Of a stretch of 64,000 nucleotides of DNA, positions 1 through 9,847 are shown piece after piece. This DNA is from Theionarchaea archaeon (GTDB taxonomy: Archaea > Methanobacteriota_B > Thermococci > Methanofastidiosales > SZ-28-30). The notes beneath the pieces were generated by a model. That model worked only from the letters and a program-made list of their open reading frames with translations, did not search any database and was not told the DNA's origin. The translations under genes and the position numbers were made by a program. Position 1 is the first letter of the stretch; every line of letters starts with the position of its first letter. Where the stretch lies: assembly GCA_018992685.1 (NCBI GenBank), contig JACVGT010000019.1, forward strand, positions 64,001-128,000. Direction: 5' to 3'.

Positions 1-1920
1 ATGCCTGATCTGAGGACCGCACTCAATGCTGCTACAAGCGGAGGAACGGATCCTCTTGATATCATTGGATTTGATGCGTGTCTCATGGCCATGCTGGAGG
101 TGGAATATGAAGTCATGCCCTACTGTTCATACATGGTGGGGTCAGAGGAATCTGTACCCTTTGACGGGTGGGATTATCTCACCACCACCAACTGGCTGGT
201 CACAAACTTTGCCTGCACGCCTGATCAGCTTGCTTCCCGGATTGTCACAGACTATATGAACTTCTATGGATTCCTGGGATTTGAAACCCATTCTGCAGTA
301 GATTTGTCGCTCACCTCTGCTCTGGCAACTGCAGTCAGTACCATGGCAACTGATCTGGCCAATGGACTCCCCGGGTACTTTTCGGGAATTCAAGCTGCCC
401 GGGACCAGGTAGAAGTCTATATGGATTATGATTTCATCGATTTATACCATTTTGCTCAGTTGCTTCAGGCTGAGATACCTGATGCTCAGATCCAGATTGA
501 TACCCAGAACGTGATGAATGCTGTCACCGCTGCAGTAATCCAGGAAGGACATGGTGTATCCAACTCCGATTCCCACGGCGTCTCCATTTACTTTCCCTAT
601 GGATTTTGTAGCTACCTCTCCTCATACTCTCTGGAAACGAGCTTTGCTGCTTCAACAGCATGGGATGAGTTCCTGATATCGTACTATACCACTGTTCCTC
701 CGCCCACCCACTCTGTGGCTGTCATTGATGATGATAACGGAGGATGCGGAACCCTGACTAACGTTGAATCCTTCTACACCACCGTCCTGGATGCCTTGAG
801 TATCCCCTATGATTACTATAACGCTGCCATCCATGGCACTCCGAGCCTGAGTTACCTGCAGTCTCATGCGTTTGTAATCTGGTTCACAGGGTCAGATTTT
901 TCTACGACCCTGTCGCCTGCAGACGAGAATGTACTCATCCAGTACCTGATAGGAGGAGGGAAGCTCTTCTTTTCCAGCCAGGACTATGTATGGGACATAA
1001 AAAATGACGGCCGGTATCCCACCACGTTTCTGAGAACCTATCTGCACACAGAAACTGAAGGTGAAGACACGGGAGTGAACTACCTCACGGGAGAAGGAGG
1101 TAACGAAGTGGGGGATGGGTTCGCTTCTCTCCCCATGTGCTGGACCCCTCCTGCTTCCTGTGGATTCATGGACTATGCCGACAGAATAGATAAAGATGCT
1201 GCGTCAGAGTATGCTTTCCGTAATGAGGCAGGGGAATATGTGGCCCTGACCTTTTCGGGAACCTACGAAGTGGTGTTTTTTGCATTCAGGTTCGAAGGCA
1301 TCAGTTACGCAGATAGAGTCCTTATCATGCAGCGAATCTTTGATTTCCTTGGTCCTCTTCCCACCCTGGGCTCCCTCGCTGAACTGTTCAGCACGAATAC
1401 GTTCCTGGTCTCAGGAGACACAGCCTACGCCACTGATGTTCTGGGAGCCAGTAATATTGCTTTTGCCCTGGGACTTGCAGGTGCCTTGGAAAATCCAGAA
1501 GGAAGGACTGATCTCACCCTAACTACATGGGAGCACGACAACGGCAATTTGATTCCTGTCGGGGGACCTGCTGTTAACCCCATAGCCACTGAATTTAGTC
1601 TCTACTTCAACGTTACATACAACTACGTGCCGGGAGTGAGCTTTGAGATCTTTGCAGATGCCCAGTCAGCCTACCTGGATTTGACTCAGTATCCTCTGGA
1701 GGATATCGCAATGATCTATGTGGGTGAACAGAATAACCGGTACATTCTGCTGGTTTGGGGGTATGGGTGGCAGGGCACCTATGCGGCATCAGTATTCCTT
1801 GAAGATATTACCAACTGGAACCTGTATCAGGGAGCGCATATGATCATAGTGAGGTGGAATGATTTGAATATTGATGGGTTGGTGCAGGCTGGTGAAATTG
1901 TGGTGGAAGCATATGCATAA
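1..1920 (+). CDS. Clostripain-family (C11) cysteine peptidase, multidomain, 5'-truncated by the window edge
   Basis: DIIGFDACLMAMLEV...GSEE is the clostripain catalytic-Cys region, followed by SAVDL, DLYHFA and GVSIYFP. Next come a DDDNG/WFTG/GGKLFFSSQD domain and a C-terminal S-layer-like domain (GNLIPVGGPAVN, VWGYGWQGT). Confidence 0.8.
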   Translation: MPDLRTALNAATSGGTDPLDIIGFDACLMAMLEVEYEVMPYCSYMVGSEESVPFDGWDYLTTTNWLVTNFACTPDQLASRIVTDYMNFYGFLGFETHSAVDLSLTSALATAVSTMATDLANGLPGYFSGIQAARDQVEVYMDYDFIDLYHFAQLLQAEIPDAQIQIDTQNVMNAVTAAVIQEGHGVSNSDSHGVSIYFPYGFCSYLSSYSLETSFAASTAWDEFLISYYTTVPPPTHSVAVIDDDNGGCGTLTNVESFYTTVLDALSIPYDYYNAAIHGTPSLSYLQSHAFVIWFTGSDFSTTLSPADENVLIQYLIGGGKLFFSSQDYVWDIKNDGRYPTTFLRTYLHTETEGEDTGVNYLTGEGGNEVGDGFASLPMCWTPPASCGFMDYADRIDKDAASEYAFRNEAGEYVALTFSGTYEVVFFAFRFEGISYADRVLIMQRIFDFLGPLPTLGSLAELFSTNTFLVSGDTAYATDVLGASNIAFALGLAGALENPEGRTDLTLTTWEHDNGNLIPVGGPAVNPIATEFSLYFNVTYNYVPGVSFEIFADAQSAYLDLTQYPLEDIAMIYVGEQNNRYILLVWGYGWQGTYAASVFLEDITNWNLYQGAHMIIVRWNDLNIDGLVQAGEIVVEAYA

Positions 1921-1930
1921 GATGCATGTG

Positions 1931-2938
1931 ATGAAGGTAGCCATTCTTGGGCTCCTGATGGCTGGAATGATCTTCCCGGCATCCTGCTGCCTGTCAGATC
2001 CCACTGTGACGGTAATCTACAACCTGGATGTGAACATGGAATTGCTGAAACTCTTGAGTAAAGAAGGGTTTTCATTTCAACTGGTGGAGGACATTGTTCC
2101 TTCTTTTGGTGCTCCGGGCAGACGAGAATTCGCTGTGTACAGGGCGCATTACGGATTGGCCACGGCCATGGTCGCCTCTGACATGGTGGCCCTGAAGGCT
2201 CATGAAGAAAAGTACGACTGGGAAACCGGAGTAAAGACAGAACTGCTCTTTCTTCAGACAATTGGAGTCATTGGATACATCGATGTGGGAACAATCGCTC
2301 AGGTAGCTTCCTGGGACACTGCCTCTGGTAGGAATCTGTTTCTGGTTCCCGAAGGTGTGGACACCGTTGTGTTGGGGGATGACCAGTATCCTGCAGGACA
2401 ATCAGTGACAACTGACTACCTGTGCATCAAGAATGAGTGGCTTGCTGTTCCTGGAAATGCAACTGTCTCTGCACAGGGAAATGTTCTCACGGTGACCCTG
2501 TTGCGGTGCGGAGGAGAGATTATAGCAGACACGAGCAAACTGTCGCTATTTGGTCCCTTCAGAGAGGTAATTCTGGTGTGCAACTCAATAGACTATGAGA
2601 TGACTGGCAAAGAGCTGAGAACTATCCTCACTGAAAAAGGATACAGGGTAAGAAGGTTATCTCCCGATGAATTCAACGTATATCGGTGGTTTTCACCGAG
2701 AGTCGTCCTCCTGGGCGGTCATGAGGCGCCAGAAGGCATGGGAGATATTGTCGCGGCTCTCCTCAGTCAATCCGAAAAACAGATGATCGAAAAAACGGGT
2801 CCGTATCTCTTTGCCGTAGACGGCAGAGATTTCAGGAAGCAGTCCATGATTATTCTTGCTGGAAAAGATAGGGAGGGCACTCATGAAATTACACTGAGCA
2901 GAATCGATGATATTGTTATGTGGATTGAAGCATATTAG
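1931..2938 (+). CDS. Secreted or lipoprotein of unknown function with a C-terminal S-layer/cell-wall-binding-like domain
   Basis: Signal peptide MKVAILGLLMAGMIFPASCC and C-terminal VVLLGGHEAPEG...IILAGKDREGT. The start could be 1922. Confidence 0.6.
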   Translation: MKVAILGLLMAGMIFPASCCLSDPTVTVIYNLDVNMELLKLLSKEGFSFQLVEDIVPSFGAPGRREFAVYRAHYGLATAMVASDMVALKAHEEKYDWETGVKTELLFLQTIGVIGYIDVGTIAQVASWDTASGRNLFLVPEGVDTVVLGDDQYPAGQSVTTDYLCIKNEWLAVPGNATVSAQGNVLTVTLLRCGGEIIADTSKLSLFGPFREVILVCNSIDYEMTGKELRTILTEKGYRVRRLSPDEFNVYRWFSPRVVLLGGHEAPEGMGDIVAALLSQSEKQMIEKTGPYLFAVDGRDFRKQSMIILAGKDREGTHEITLSRIDDIVMWIEAY

Positions 2939-3197
2939 GAATGGACTTCATTCGCGGCCCGACTGGAAATCATCTTTCGAACTATTCCTGAAAATAAATG
3001 TAATCTGAAATATACAGTGCAAAAAAGCCCCCCACCTGTGAAGTGAGGAATTGACTGATATTCAGAATATCGCTGGACCCGTGTACAGAAATGAGGCAAA
3101 AACCAATATTCTCCTGTAACCTGCTACTCTTTTTTAGAATATTCGCAATTCATACACTTCATATTGTGTTTTTTACAATTTCCTGCCCATATTACTC

Positions 3198-3211
3198 AAA
3201 AAGCTTATAAG
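3198..3211 (+). promoter_or_regulatory. BRE/TATA promoter of the radical SAM gene
   Basis: aaaaagcttataag about 40 nt upstream of ATG 3249. Confidence 0.6.
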
Positions 3212-3248
3212 TCCAAATGGCAAAAAAGGGCAAAGAGGGAGACTTCCC

Positions 3249-4289
3249 ATGAAGAACCTTCATAGCCTAGTCCATAGCGTAGCAAAAGCCAAATACAGGC
3301 ATCAACCATACAAGATGACGTATGCGGTAACCTACCAGTGTAACGCACGGTGTAGAATCTGTAATATCTGGAAAGAATACGTGCAATTCCCCCAGAAGAT
3401 AGCAGAAGAATTGACTCTGCGGGAAATCAATGCCATTTTCTCGCAGTTCGATCTTTCATGGATTTCTCTGACCGGCGGGGAACCGTTTCTTCGGAATGAT
3501 CTTCTTGACGTTGTAACTACAATAGACGACTGCAGCCCCCGGTTGACCCTGCTGACTGTTCCCACCAATGGATCACTCCCTGAGACTACCCTTACCACGG
3601 TAGAGTCGATTCTGGAAGAGACTCACATTCCCAACGTTATTATCACCGTGAGTTTAGATGGGGATACGCTCCTCCATGACAGGCTGAGAGATGTACCCGG
3701 ATTGTGGAAAAAAGCCCGCACCACGTACGAACTTCTTTCAGCCATAGAAAATGACAGATTCAGTGTTTTGCTGGAGTTTACCGTCTCCAAGCACAACGCC
3801 GGCCATCTTGACAGAGCCATTAAATCCTTTGGCGCAGACTACTCAAAAGTGGTGATCACTGCTGCCCATTCGTCTTACTTCTACCGAACAGAACCTCACA
3901 GTCTCCATAATTCAGGTTCGGCCCTGCAGGTAGGCCAGTTCAATACTTCATGTCCAAAATATGATCCACAAAGTATTCTTTCTCTTCTTTATACCAAGAT
4001 ACTGGAAAAATATCTGATGGGAACTCCTATTTCTTTCCGCTGTGTTTCAGGTCGTTCATCCTTCTTTTTGGATCCTTATGGGGTCTTGTACCCGTGTATT
4101 ACCATGGATGCACCTTTTGGCAGCCTGCGTGAGGATTCGGTACAGGACATACTGGGCGGAGAACATGCTTCATCTATTGTCCATCGCATTAGAGAGGGTA
4201 AATGCCCAGGATGCTGGACTCCCTGCGAAGCATACCAGACAATAGTTGAGAACCTCCCGCAAGCAGTCATTGCAGCCTACATGAAGTGA
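3249..4289 (+). CDS. Radical SAM protein with SPASM/twitch domain
   Basis: CNARCRIC (CxxxCxxC), LTGGEP, and C-terminal CVSG..YPC..CPGCWTPC. Confidence 0.9.
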   Translation: MKNLHSLVHSVAKAKYRHQPYKMTYAVTYQCNARCRICNIWKEYVQFPQKIAEELTLREINAIFSQFDLSWISLTGGEPFLRNDLLDVVTTIDDCSPRLTLLTVPTNGSLPETTLTTVESILEETHIPNVIITVSLDGDTLLHDRLRDVPGLWKKARTTYELLSAIENDRFSVLLEFTVSKHNAGHLDRAIKSFGADYSKVVITAAHSSYFYRTEPHSLHNSGSALQVGQFNTSCPKYDPQSILSLLYTKILEKYLMGTPISFRCVSGRSSFFLDPYGVLYPCITMDAPFGSLREDSVQDILGGEHASSIVHRIREGKCPGCWTPCEAYQTIVENLPQAVIAAYMK

Positions 4290-4357
4290 CACGCAGTTCT
4301 GGTACAGCTTGTCCGTGACGAGGGAACATATTTAAGTTGTGGAATTCTGCTTGTCAA

Positions 4358-4759
4358 ATGCTGAAAGGAATGCTTATCCAGTTCGTCAAATTCTGCCTGG
4401 TAGGGAGCACCGGAGCTTTGATCAACCTGGGACTGCTCTACCTCCTTACTGAATTCTGTCACATGTGGTATATCCTTTCTGCTGCTGTGGGGTTCACGGT
4501 GGCTGTTCTAAACAACTTTGTGTGGAACAGATCGTGGACCTTCAAGAACAAAAGTCCCCGCATTCCCAGACAACTCCTCCTCTTCTTCATCATTAATGTC
4601 ATTTCTCTGTGTATCAACCTGTCTGTATTGTACATGCTCACTGAATACGCGGGGATGTGGTATATGAAAGCCCAGATTGTGGCTATTCTTGTGGCAGTCA
4701 GCAACAACTTCCTTGGAAACAGAAGGTTCACCTTCTCCCTTCTCGTCCTTAACTTTTGA
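4358..4759 (+). CDS. GtrA family membrane protein
   Basis: KFCLVG...NNFVWNRSWTF...NFLGNRRFTF, 4 TM segments. Confidence 0.9.
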   Translation: MLKGMLIQFVKFCLVGSTGALINLGLLYLLTEFCHMWYILSAAVGFTVAVLNNFVWNRSWTFKNKSPRIPRQLLLFFIINVISLCINLSVLYMLTEYAGMWYMKAQIVAILVAVSNNFLGNRRFTFSLLVLNF

Positions 4760-4845
4760 TGGTCTTCAATTCCGGACATACCCTCCCTGTCTGATATGGT
4801 TCCTGCCACATTCAGAGCCCGCTTACCAACCCTTAAAAGGAGTAC

Positions 4846-5595
4846 ATGGCTAGTACATCTGGTGATTTGTTGAACGCTCCATGCTTCAAAATCGAGGACA
4901 TTGAGCTGCCCACCATGATATGTGGATCAGCTCCTTTCATAGGACTTGGATACTTCGGATTCTCGGCTTTTAACTACAGAGTGAAATTCTACAATCATCC
5001 AGATAGTATGGCAGATATATTCGCCCATTTTGTCAGGCAGGGATGCAAGGGTGCACATGTCCTCTGCTATGACAATATTATCAAGGCGATAGAGATTGCA
5101 TATGAGGTAGAAAAATTCCCCATCATGGCGTCTCTGATTTCTGCAAAACCTGTAGCTTCTCAGCTCAAAGCCCTTTCTCGTCTGAAGACTGTCCTGGTCT
5201 TTGTGGATCCTTTACAGAGCGATGCCCTCGACGCGTCTGCGCTTCAGAATTCTGTCAAGTCCATACGAGATGCAGGAATGATTCCGGGTTTGGCAACGTA
5301 TACACCTGGTCACACAATCCCTGCAACTGAGAAAATGGGGCTGGATATTGCAGCATACCTCGTTCCGGTTAATAAAGAGGGGAGATACATGCACCCCACA
5401 AAAGAAAAGACGCTGGCTGCCATAGTCAGCACAGACAGGAAAATCGTCGCCATGAAGCCCCTGGCCATAGGGAAGATATCCCCTCGAGAAGGGTTCCCCT
5501 TCGTTCTGGATTACTGTGATGGATTCTGCGTGGGGTTCACCAGCAAGGAACAAGTTGACGAGGCGTATCAGGTTCTCAAAGAGATTACCCGCTAG
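4846..5595 (+). CDS. Aldo/keto-reductase-like TIM-barrel protein
   Basis: AMKPLAIGK motif and GFTSKEQVDE C-terminus; SD aggag upstream. Confidence 0.6.
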   Translation: MASTSGDLLNAPCFKIEDIELPTMICGSAPFIGLGYFGFSAFNYRVKFYNHPDSMADIFAHFVRQGCKGAHVLCYDNIIKAIEIAYEVEKFPIMASLISAKPVASQLKALSRLKTVLVFVDPLQSDALDASALQNSVKSIRDAGMIPGLATYTPGHTIPATEKMGLDIAAYLVPVNKEGRYMHPTKEKTLAAIVSTDRKIVAMKPLAIGKISPREGFPFVLDYCDGFCVGFTSKEQVDEAYQVLKEITR

Positions 5596-5634
5596 TCTTG
5601 GATTCCTGGATTGGCAATCGAACCTTGCTGTTGG

Positions 5635-6615
5635 CTAGGTCTGAGATCTGAGAACCTCATCAATGAGTGGTGTGCAGTCCAGTGCCAGCTCAGGGTACTC
5701 TTCAATAAATGTCTTTGAGGGAACAGTATTGGTCACCAGTAAGTCCTCTCCCAGAATCCCTACGAGTCTTCTCAGATTGTCTTCTCCAGTCATTAGCGGG
5801 AGAGCATGTGTCGCAGCAAAGGCAAACCGGCTGGCACCCTTTTTCAATGTGTGTTCTCTGGTCTTCAAGAGCGTCCCTCCTGTAAGAATAAGATCATCCA
5901 CAAAGGCCAGGGCTTTCCCTTCTACAGGAACGTCTCCCAGTAGTGTACTCTCAACTGAACTCGTCCTCTTCTTCCCAAATCCATCCAGTCCCAGACGGAC
6001 CTGCGCCCCCTCATCAGGAGCCACGAGTTCAGACCCGGGAAATCTCCTCCCGATCTCTTCAAGGAGGCGAGGCACCATTGACAGATCAATGACCTTCCCC
6101 GTGGCTTTCAGCGTGTTGAACCACTCCACGTTCCAGGGGTGGGGATCTATGATGCCCACTCGAGGACAGTAGTTCAGGAACAGGTCAAGGGCATTCCGTG
6201 CTGAATTACACTCACCTGTTCTCACTGCATGATCCTGCTTTCCTGAAGGCATGCAGGTAAGAAGCAGAAAGACGTCCCTGGGATTCTCAAGGGGAGTATT
6301 CACATACCGCTTGTGACCCACTTCTTCTACTGAATGTGGATCGTTCAGCAGATGCAGGATCTGGAGGACTTCGAAGATTCGATCCTGAGTCGTGAATTTC
6401 TCCTGCTCCAATTCACCTGAATAGCTCCCTGACTGGATGACACACACGTTCTCGCCCTGAAGCTTTTCAATTTCCTCTATGCGTGTGTACAGATCACCAT
6501 TGTAAAAGAATCGTTTTCCATCATAGTTCAGCCCTGAAGTGAACACCTGATACCCCTTCTTTTCGAGGGGCGCTTTCAGATGCTCAGCCCCTGAAGCCAG
6601 AATGAGCTTCCACAT
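5635..6615 (-). CDS. prs: Ribose-phosphate pyrophosphokinase (divergent)
   Basis: GDLYTRI, KQDH, APDEGA, PRPP-binding VDDLILTGGTL, ATHAL, VTNTVP. SD aggtga before ATG 6615. Confidence 0.75.
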   Translation of the reverse strand: MWKLILASGAEHLKAPLEKKGYQVFTSGLNYDGKRFFYNGDLYTRIEEIEKLQGENVCVIQSGSYSGELEQEKFTTQDRIFEVLQILHLLNDPHSVEEVGHKRYVNTPLENPRDVFLLLTCMPSGKQDHAVRTGECNSARNALDLFLNYCPRVGIIDPHPWNVEWFNTLKATGKVIDLSMVPRLLEEIGRRFPGSELVAPDEGAQVRLGLDGFGKKRTSSVESTLLGDVPVEGKALAFVDDLILTGGTLLKTREHTLKKGASRFAFAATHALPLMTGEDNLRRLVGILGEDLLVTNTVPSKTFIEEYPELALDCTPLIDEVLRSQT

Positions 6616-6619
6616 TTTC

Positions 6620-8566
6620 TCACCTTTTGAGCTCCAGGAGGCCATGCTCTTCCAGGAAGCTAAAATACCATTTCAGGAATTCCAGGGAGTTCTGCCCTGT
6701 TTCAAAGATGAGCAGCTCATTTATTTCTGAAAGTGTCCTCCTGCCATCGCTCCAGTAGACAGCCAGCGTTTCCAGAAGCCGGGATGTTTCAATTTCCCCC
6801 TGTTTTTTCTCGAACGCCTTTCGTTCTTCTAAGGACATGTCCAGGAGAACTCTGCGGGTGGAGATTGGCCCAGGGTATGTCCTCACAGGAACCCAGGTGC
6901 ATTCTTCTTGTTTCTTTTTCTCAGGAACCGTCTTATATGCTAACAATTTCTCTTTTTCAGAAGACACTACCTGATTCAGCTCCTTTTCAAGGGGCTCTGT
7001 AGAAAGTGTTGTAAGGGCCTTCACAGAACGTATGGCATGAATCTCCCTATCCAGGAGATAATCCATCTGTCCCAAGAAGTTCTGGGTCCCGTGGGGTTCT
7101 TTTTCCTTGTCTCCTTCTTTTCCCTTTTCCTTATCCTTTCCCCTTTTCCCGAGTTCATTTTCAGCCAGTATGGTAACAGCTTTCTGCACTCTATTGATGA
7201 CCCGTTCCTTGGCCTTTTCCAGGACAGTAAATGCCATCCACTGTGCTTCCTCTTCTCCTGCTGTAGCTATGAAATACGCATAGGTGGCTGTGAGAACGCC
7301 AACTCGTTTCATTGCGTCAGGATCGATCTTGTCCACTGTGTCCAGCGAAGAATGGTAAAACATGTCGGGCCATTGAATTATCATGGGGCAGGGAATCCCA
7401 ACAGAAGGATCTGATAGGACAAAGTGGTCACTTCCCCCAGAAAAAGGAGTTATCGCATGCCTGAATGTTGCGTACTTTGTGCTGTCAGAGAAATTGCCGA
7501 CCTCCTGGGTGAGCTCTCCGAATATCACCTCGGCCAGATCATTTGTGAAGGAAGGCATAGCATGAGGAGTTCTCTCCAGGAGCAGAGAAGACTTGCACAG
7601 GTCCTGGTTTTCCCCTACCATGTCCAGGTTAAGTGCTGCCACCATCCTGGGCAAGTCTTTCTCACGAGATGCAAGATACGCTACTGTACCATGGATTTCA
7701 GGCACCAGGAGAAATCGGATGCCTCTCCTTGGTTTTTTCAGCTTTCCGTCATTAATGAGATGGTTCAAACCCCTGGCCACCTCCATGAGTACACCATCTC
7801 CAGACGCATTGTCATTGGCGCTGGGCTGGGGATGGCAGAGGTGTGCTACCACTAAGACTTCCTCATCAGTCTCGCCAGGGATGAATGCATTCACGACTTC
7901 CATGTGCCCGGGGTATAATGATGACTTGATAGTTATTCTTCCTTTCACCTTCCTGTCTTGTGCCAGCAATTTCTTCAGATTCTCTCCTTGCCGGGGAGAG
8001 AGCACAAACCCAGATCCTCTCTCACCCCAGAATGAGAAGTAGTGAACAGCATCAGGAACATCAATCCGGGTTCTTCCACTGATTTCCCTGATTCCAGATG
8101 TCAGTATGGCTGCAGCCCCATAATGCAGGGCCAGATCTTTGATCTTTTCCAGAGGCAATGGTGAATGAACAATCTTCCCTTCGATATTCTGAAAATCCTT
8201 TTCATCGTCACCCTCAATATGGACGATTTCTGCTTCAACGCTCGCAGGATGACTTCTCTGTATCACTGAGGTTTTCTCATCTCTAAAATCTGCCCAGATT
8301 TTCCCATCAATTTCCAGGACAGCTGATTCAACTTTCCACTCATCGGGAAGCTGATACGACCAGTACATTGTCGTACCGTCTGCAGGAAACTCGTGCAGGT
8401 CACATTGAAGACCCCACTCCTTCATCCGGTTGCAGCACCACTGGGCTGCCTCCCTGAAATGTGGTGAAACCTGTATACGATGGAACCTCGCCACTTCGCT
8501 GGCCAGATTCTTTGCATTCCGGCCCGAAATCTCTTTCTCCACTGCGTGAAAGATGTAGTCAAACAT
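6620..8566 (-). CDS. M28-family Zn aminopeptidase-like protein (DUF4910 type) with PA-like domain
   Basis: AHLCHP..SANDNASG, PEIHGT, NLDMVG, GGSDH, YHSSLD and a C-terminal HTH-like region. Confidence 0.85.
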   Translation of the reverse strand: MFDYIFHAVEKEISGRNAKNLASEVARFHRIQVSPHFREAAQWCCNRMKEWGLQCDLHEFPADGTTMYWSYQLPDEWKVESAVLEIDGKIWADFRDEKTSVIQRSHPASVEAEIVHIEGDDEKDFQNIEGKIVHSPLPLEKIKDLALHYGAAAILTSGIREISGRTRIDVPDAVHYFSFWGERGSGFVLSPRQGENLKKLLAQDRKVKGRITIKSSLYPGHMEVVNAFIPGETDEEVLVVAHLCHPQPSANDNASGDGVLMEVARGLNHLINDGKLKKPRRGIRFLLVPEIHGTVAYLASREKDLPRMVAALNLDMVGENQDLCKSSLLLERTPHAMPSFTNDLAEVIFGELTQEVGNFSDSTKYATFRHAITPFSGGSDHFVLSDPSVGIPCPMIIQWPDMFYHSSLDTVDKIDPDAMKRVGVLTATYAYFIATAGEEEAQWMAFTVLEKAKERVINRVQKAVTILAENELGKRGKDKEKGKEGDKEKEPHGTQNFLGQMDYLLDREIHAIRSVKALTTLSTEPLEKELNQVVSSEKEKLLAYKTVPEKKKQEECTWVPVRTYPGPISTRRVLLDMSLEERKAFEKKQGEIETSRLLETLAVYWSDGRRTLSEINELLIFETGQNSLEFLKWYFSFLEEHGLLELKR

Positions 8567-8855
8567 AAAAAAAAATGAGGACTATGGCTTATAATCGTTG
8601 CGGTTTAAGCTGTGCAATAGCAGGAGCAGGAAATATGGTATTCCGGGAATCCCTGCCCTCAGAGATACTGTCTTTTCCTGGTAAGGAGATAGCACCATAG
8701 GCTACAGGGATGTGCTGCACGAAGGCAACTCCTTCCAGGCAGTGATACAGAAAAGAACCTGCTACTTTCCCTGCCTTGGAGAAAATAAAAGTAAAAATCG
8801 TTCCAGAATGGAACAATCGTCAGGTATCTTGTGCGAGTCTTTCGGTTCATCTCTC

Positions 8856-9650
8856 CTACGTGAGTGTTATCAGCCGTCCAATCCGTCCCACGCTGAGCTG
8901 GAGTACACCTCCATATGAATCCACGTACCCATTCTCGATTCGTACCCTGTCTCCAACTCCTGCCCAGCCTACCTGCTCATTCCAGAGGACGAGTACCACT
9001 CGGCCTGTATCATCCTTGAGAGCAGCATTACTGACACTGAGCGGTTCACCCCTCCGAGAACGTACAGGGCGAGGTTCTGACTTTTCCACGATCTCACCTT
9101 CAATTGTGACATTTTTCATGCCGACCCGTAGGTCCTGCACCTTTGTCATATCATACTGGTCGGATGGGTCCCTAACTAACTGATACCAGCGCCCCCTCCA
9201 TCCAGGCTCTCCGAATTCCCAGCCTATCTGGGTGAACCCCTGCTTCTCATAAAAGTTGGAGGTCCTCACATTCCACTCAGGAGTTCCCAACGTCCACAAT
9301 TTTACGTCAGGATGGATTTCCCAGAGAATCTCACATGCTCGCGTTCCTATACCCTGTCTGTGAACCTGGGGATCCACAAAGATGCGCTCCAGCACCCTGT
9401 GCGTTTTCCCCACAACACCCACCATGATGCCTCCCACGATAGTCTCATCCATCACGATCTTGAAGTAGTCTAGAAAACTCATGAACCGTACCTGCGCCTC
9501 CGGCGAATCGTAACCCGGAGGACCTCCCGGTTCAGGGCCTGGAGATCCCACTTCAATGTCTGTATGAAATGCTCTCTTACAGATATCTGCCAGAACAGCT
9601 GCATCTTCTTCCTGCGCCAATTCCAGCCGGACAGCCTTTTCTATCTCCAT
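8856..9650 (-). CDS. GNAT acetyltransferase fused to an SSB/RPA-type OB fold
   Basis: RIFVDPQVHRQGIG and NFYEKQGF (GNAT), then DLRVGMKNVTIEGEIVEK...DDTGRVVLVLWNEQ...RIENGYV...LQLSVGR (archaeal SSB OB fold). SD aaggaggg. Confidence 0.8.
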   Translation of the reverse strand: MEIEKAVRLELAQEEDAAVLADICKRAFHTDIEVGSPGPEPGGPPGYDSPEAQVRFMSFLDYFKIVMDETIVGGIMVGVVGKTHRVLERIFVDPQVHRQGIGTRACEILWEIHPDVKLWTLGTPEWNVRTSNFYEKQGFTQIGWEFGEPGWRGRWYQLVRDPSDQYDMTKVQDLRVGMKNVTIEGEIVEKSEPRPVRSRRGEPLSVSNAALKDDTGRVVLVLWNEQVGWAGVGDRVRIENGYVDSYGGVLQLSVGRIGRLITLT

Positions 9651-9847
9651 ACTTCTCTCCCTCCTTGAAGGTGCTGTTAAGAGATATTGTCTCATCTGGA
9701 TATCTCTTGCTGCATCCTATGTCTTCCTTCATCATCTTCTGCATGAAGAGATTCTTATAAAACTTGAGGTATTCCCTTCCGCGGCCAGTCCCTGTTCTCA
9801 GTCCCTTTTCCGCAACACAGACTCTCCTGCATGAAGGGTCCATACAT

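Noticed and set aside
7095-7150. K/E/G-rich low-complexity insert in the M28 peptidase
   Set aside because: A short in-frame linker expansion with no regular repeat unit.
8800-8814. gttccagaatggaac palindrome resembling an ORB element, repeated at about 48027
   Set aside because: Spacing differs from the ORB consensus, there is no G-string or cdc6/orc1 nearby, and the second copy is inside a CDS.
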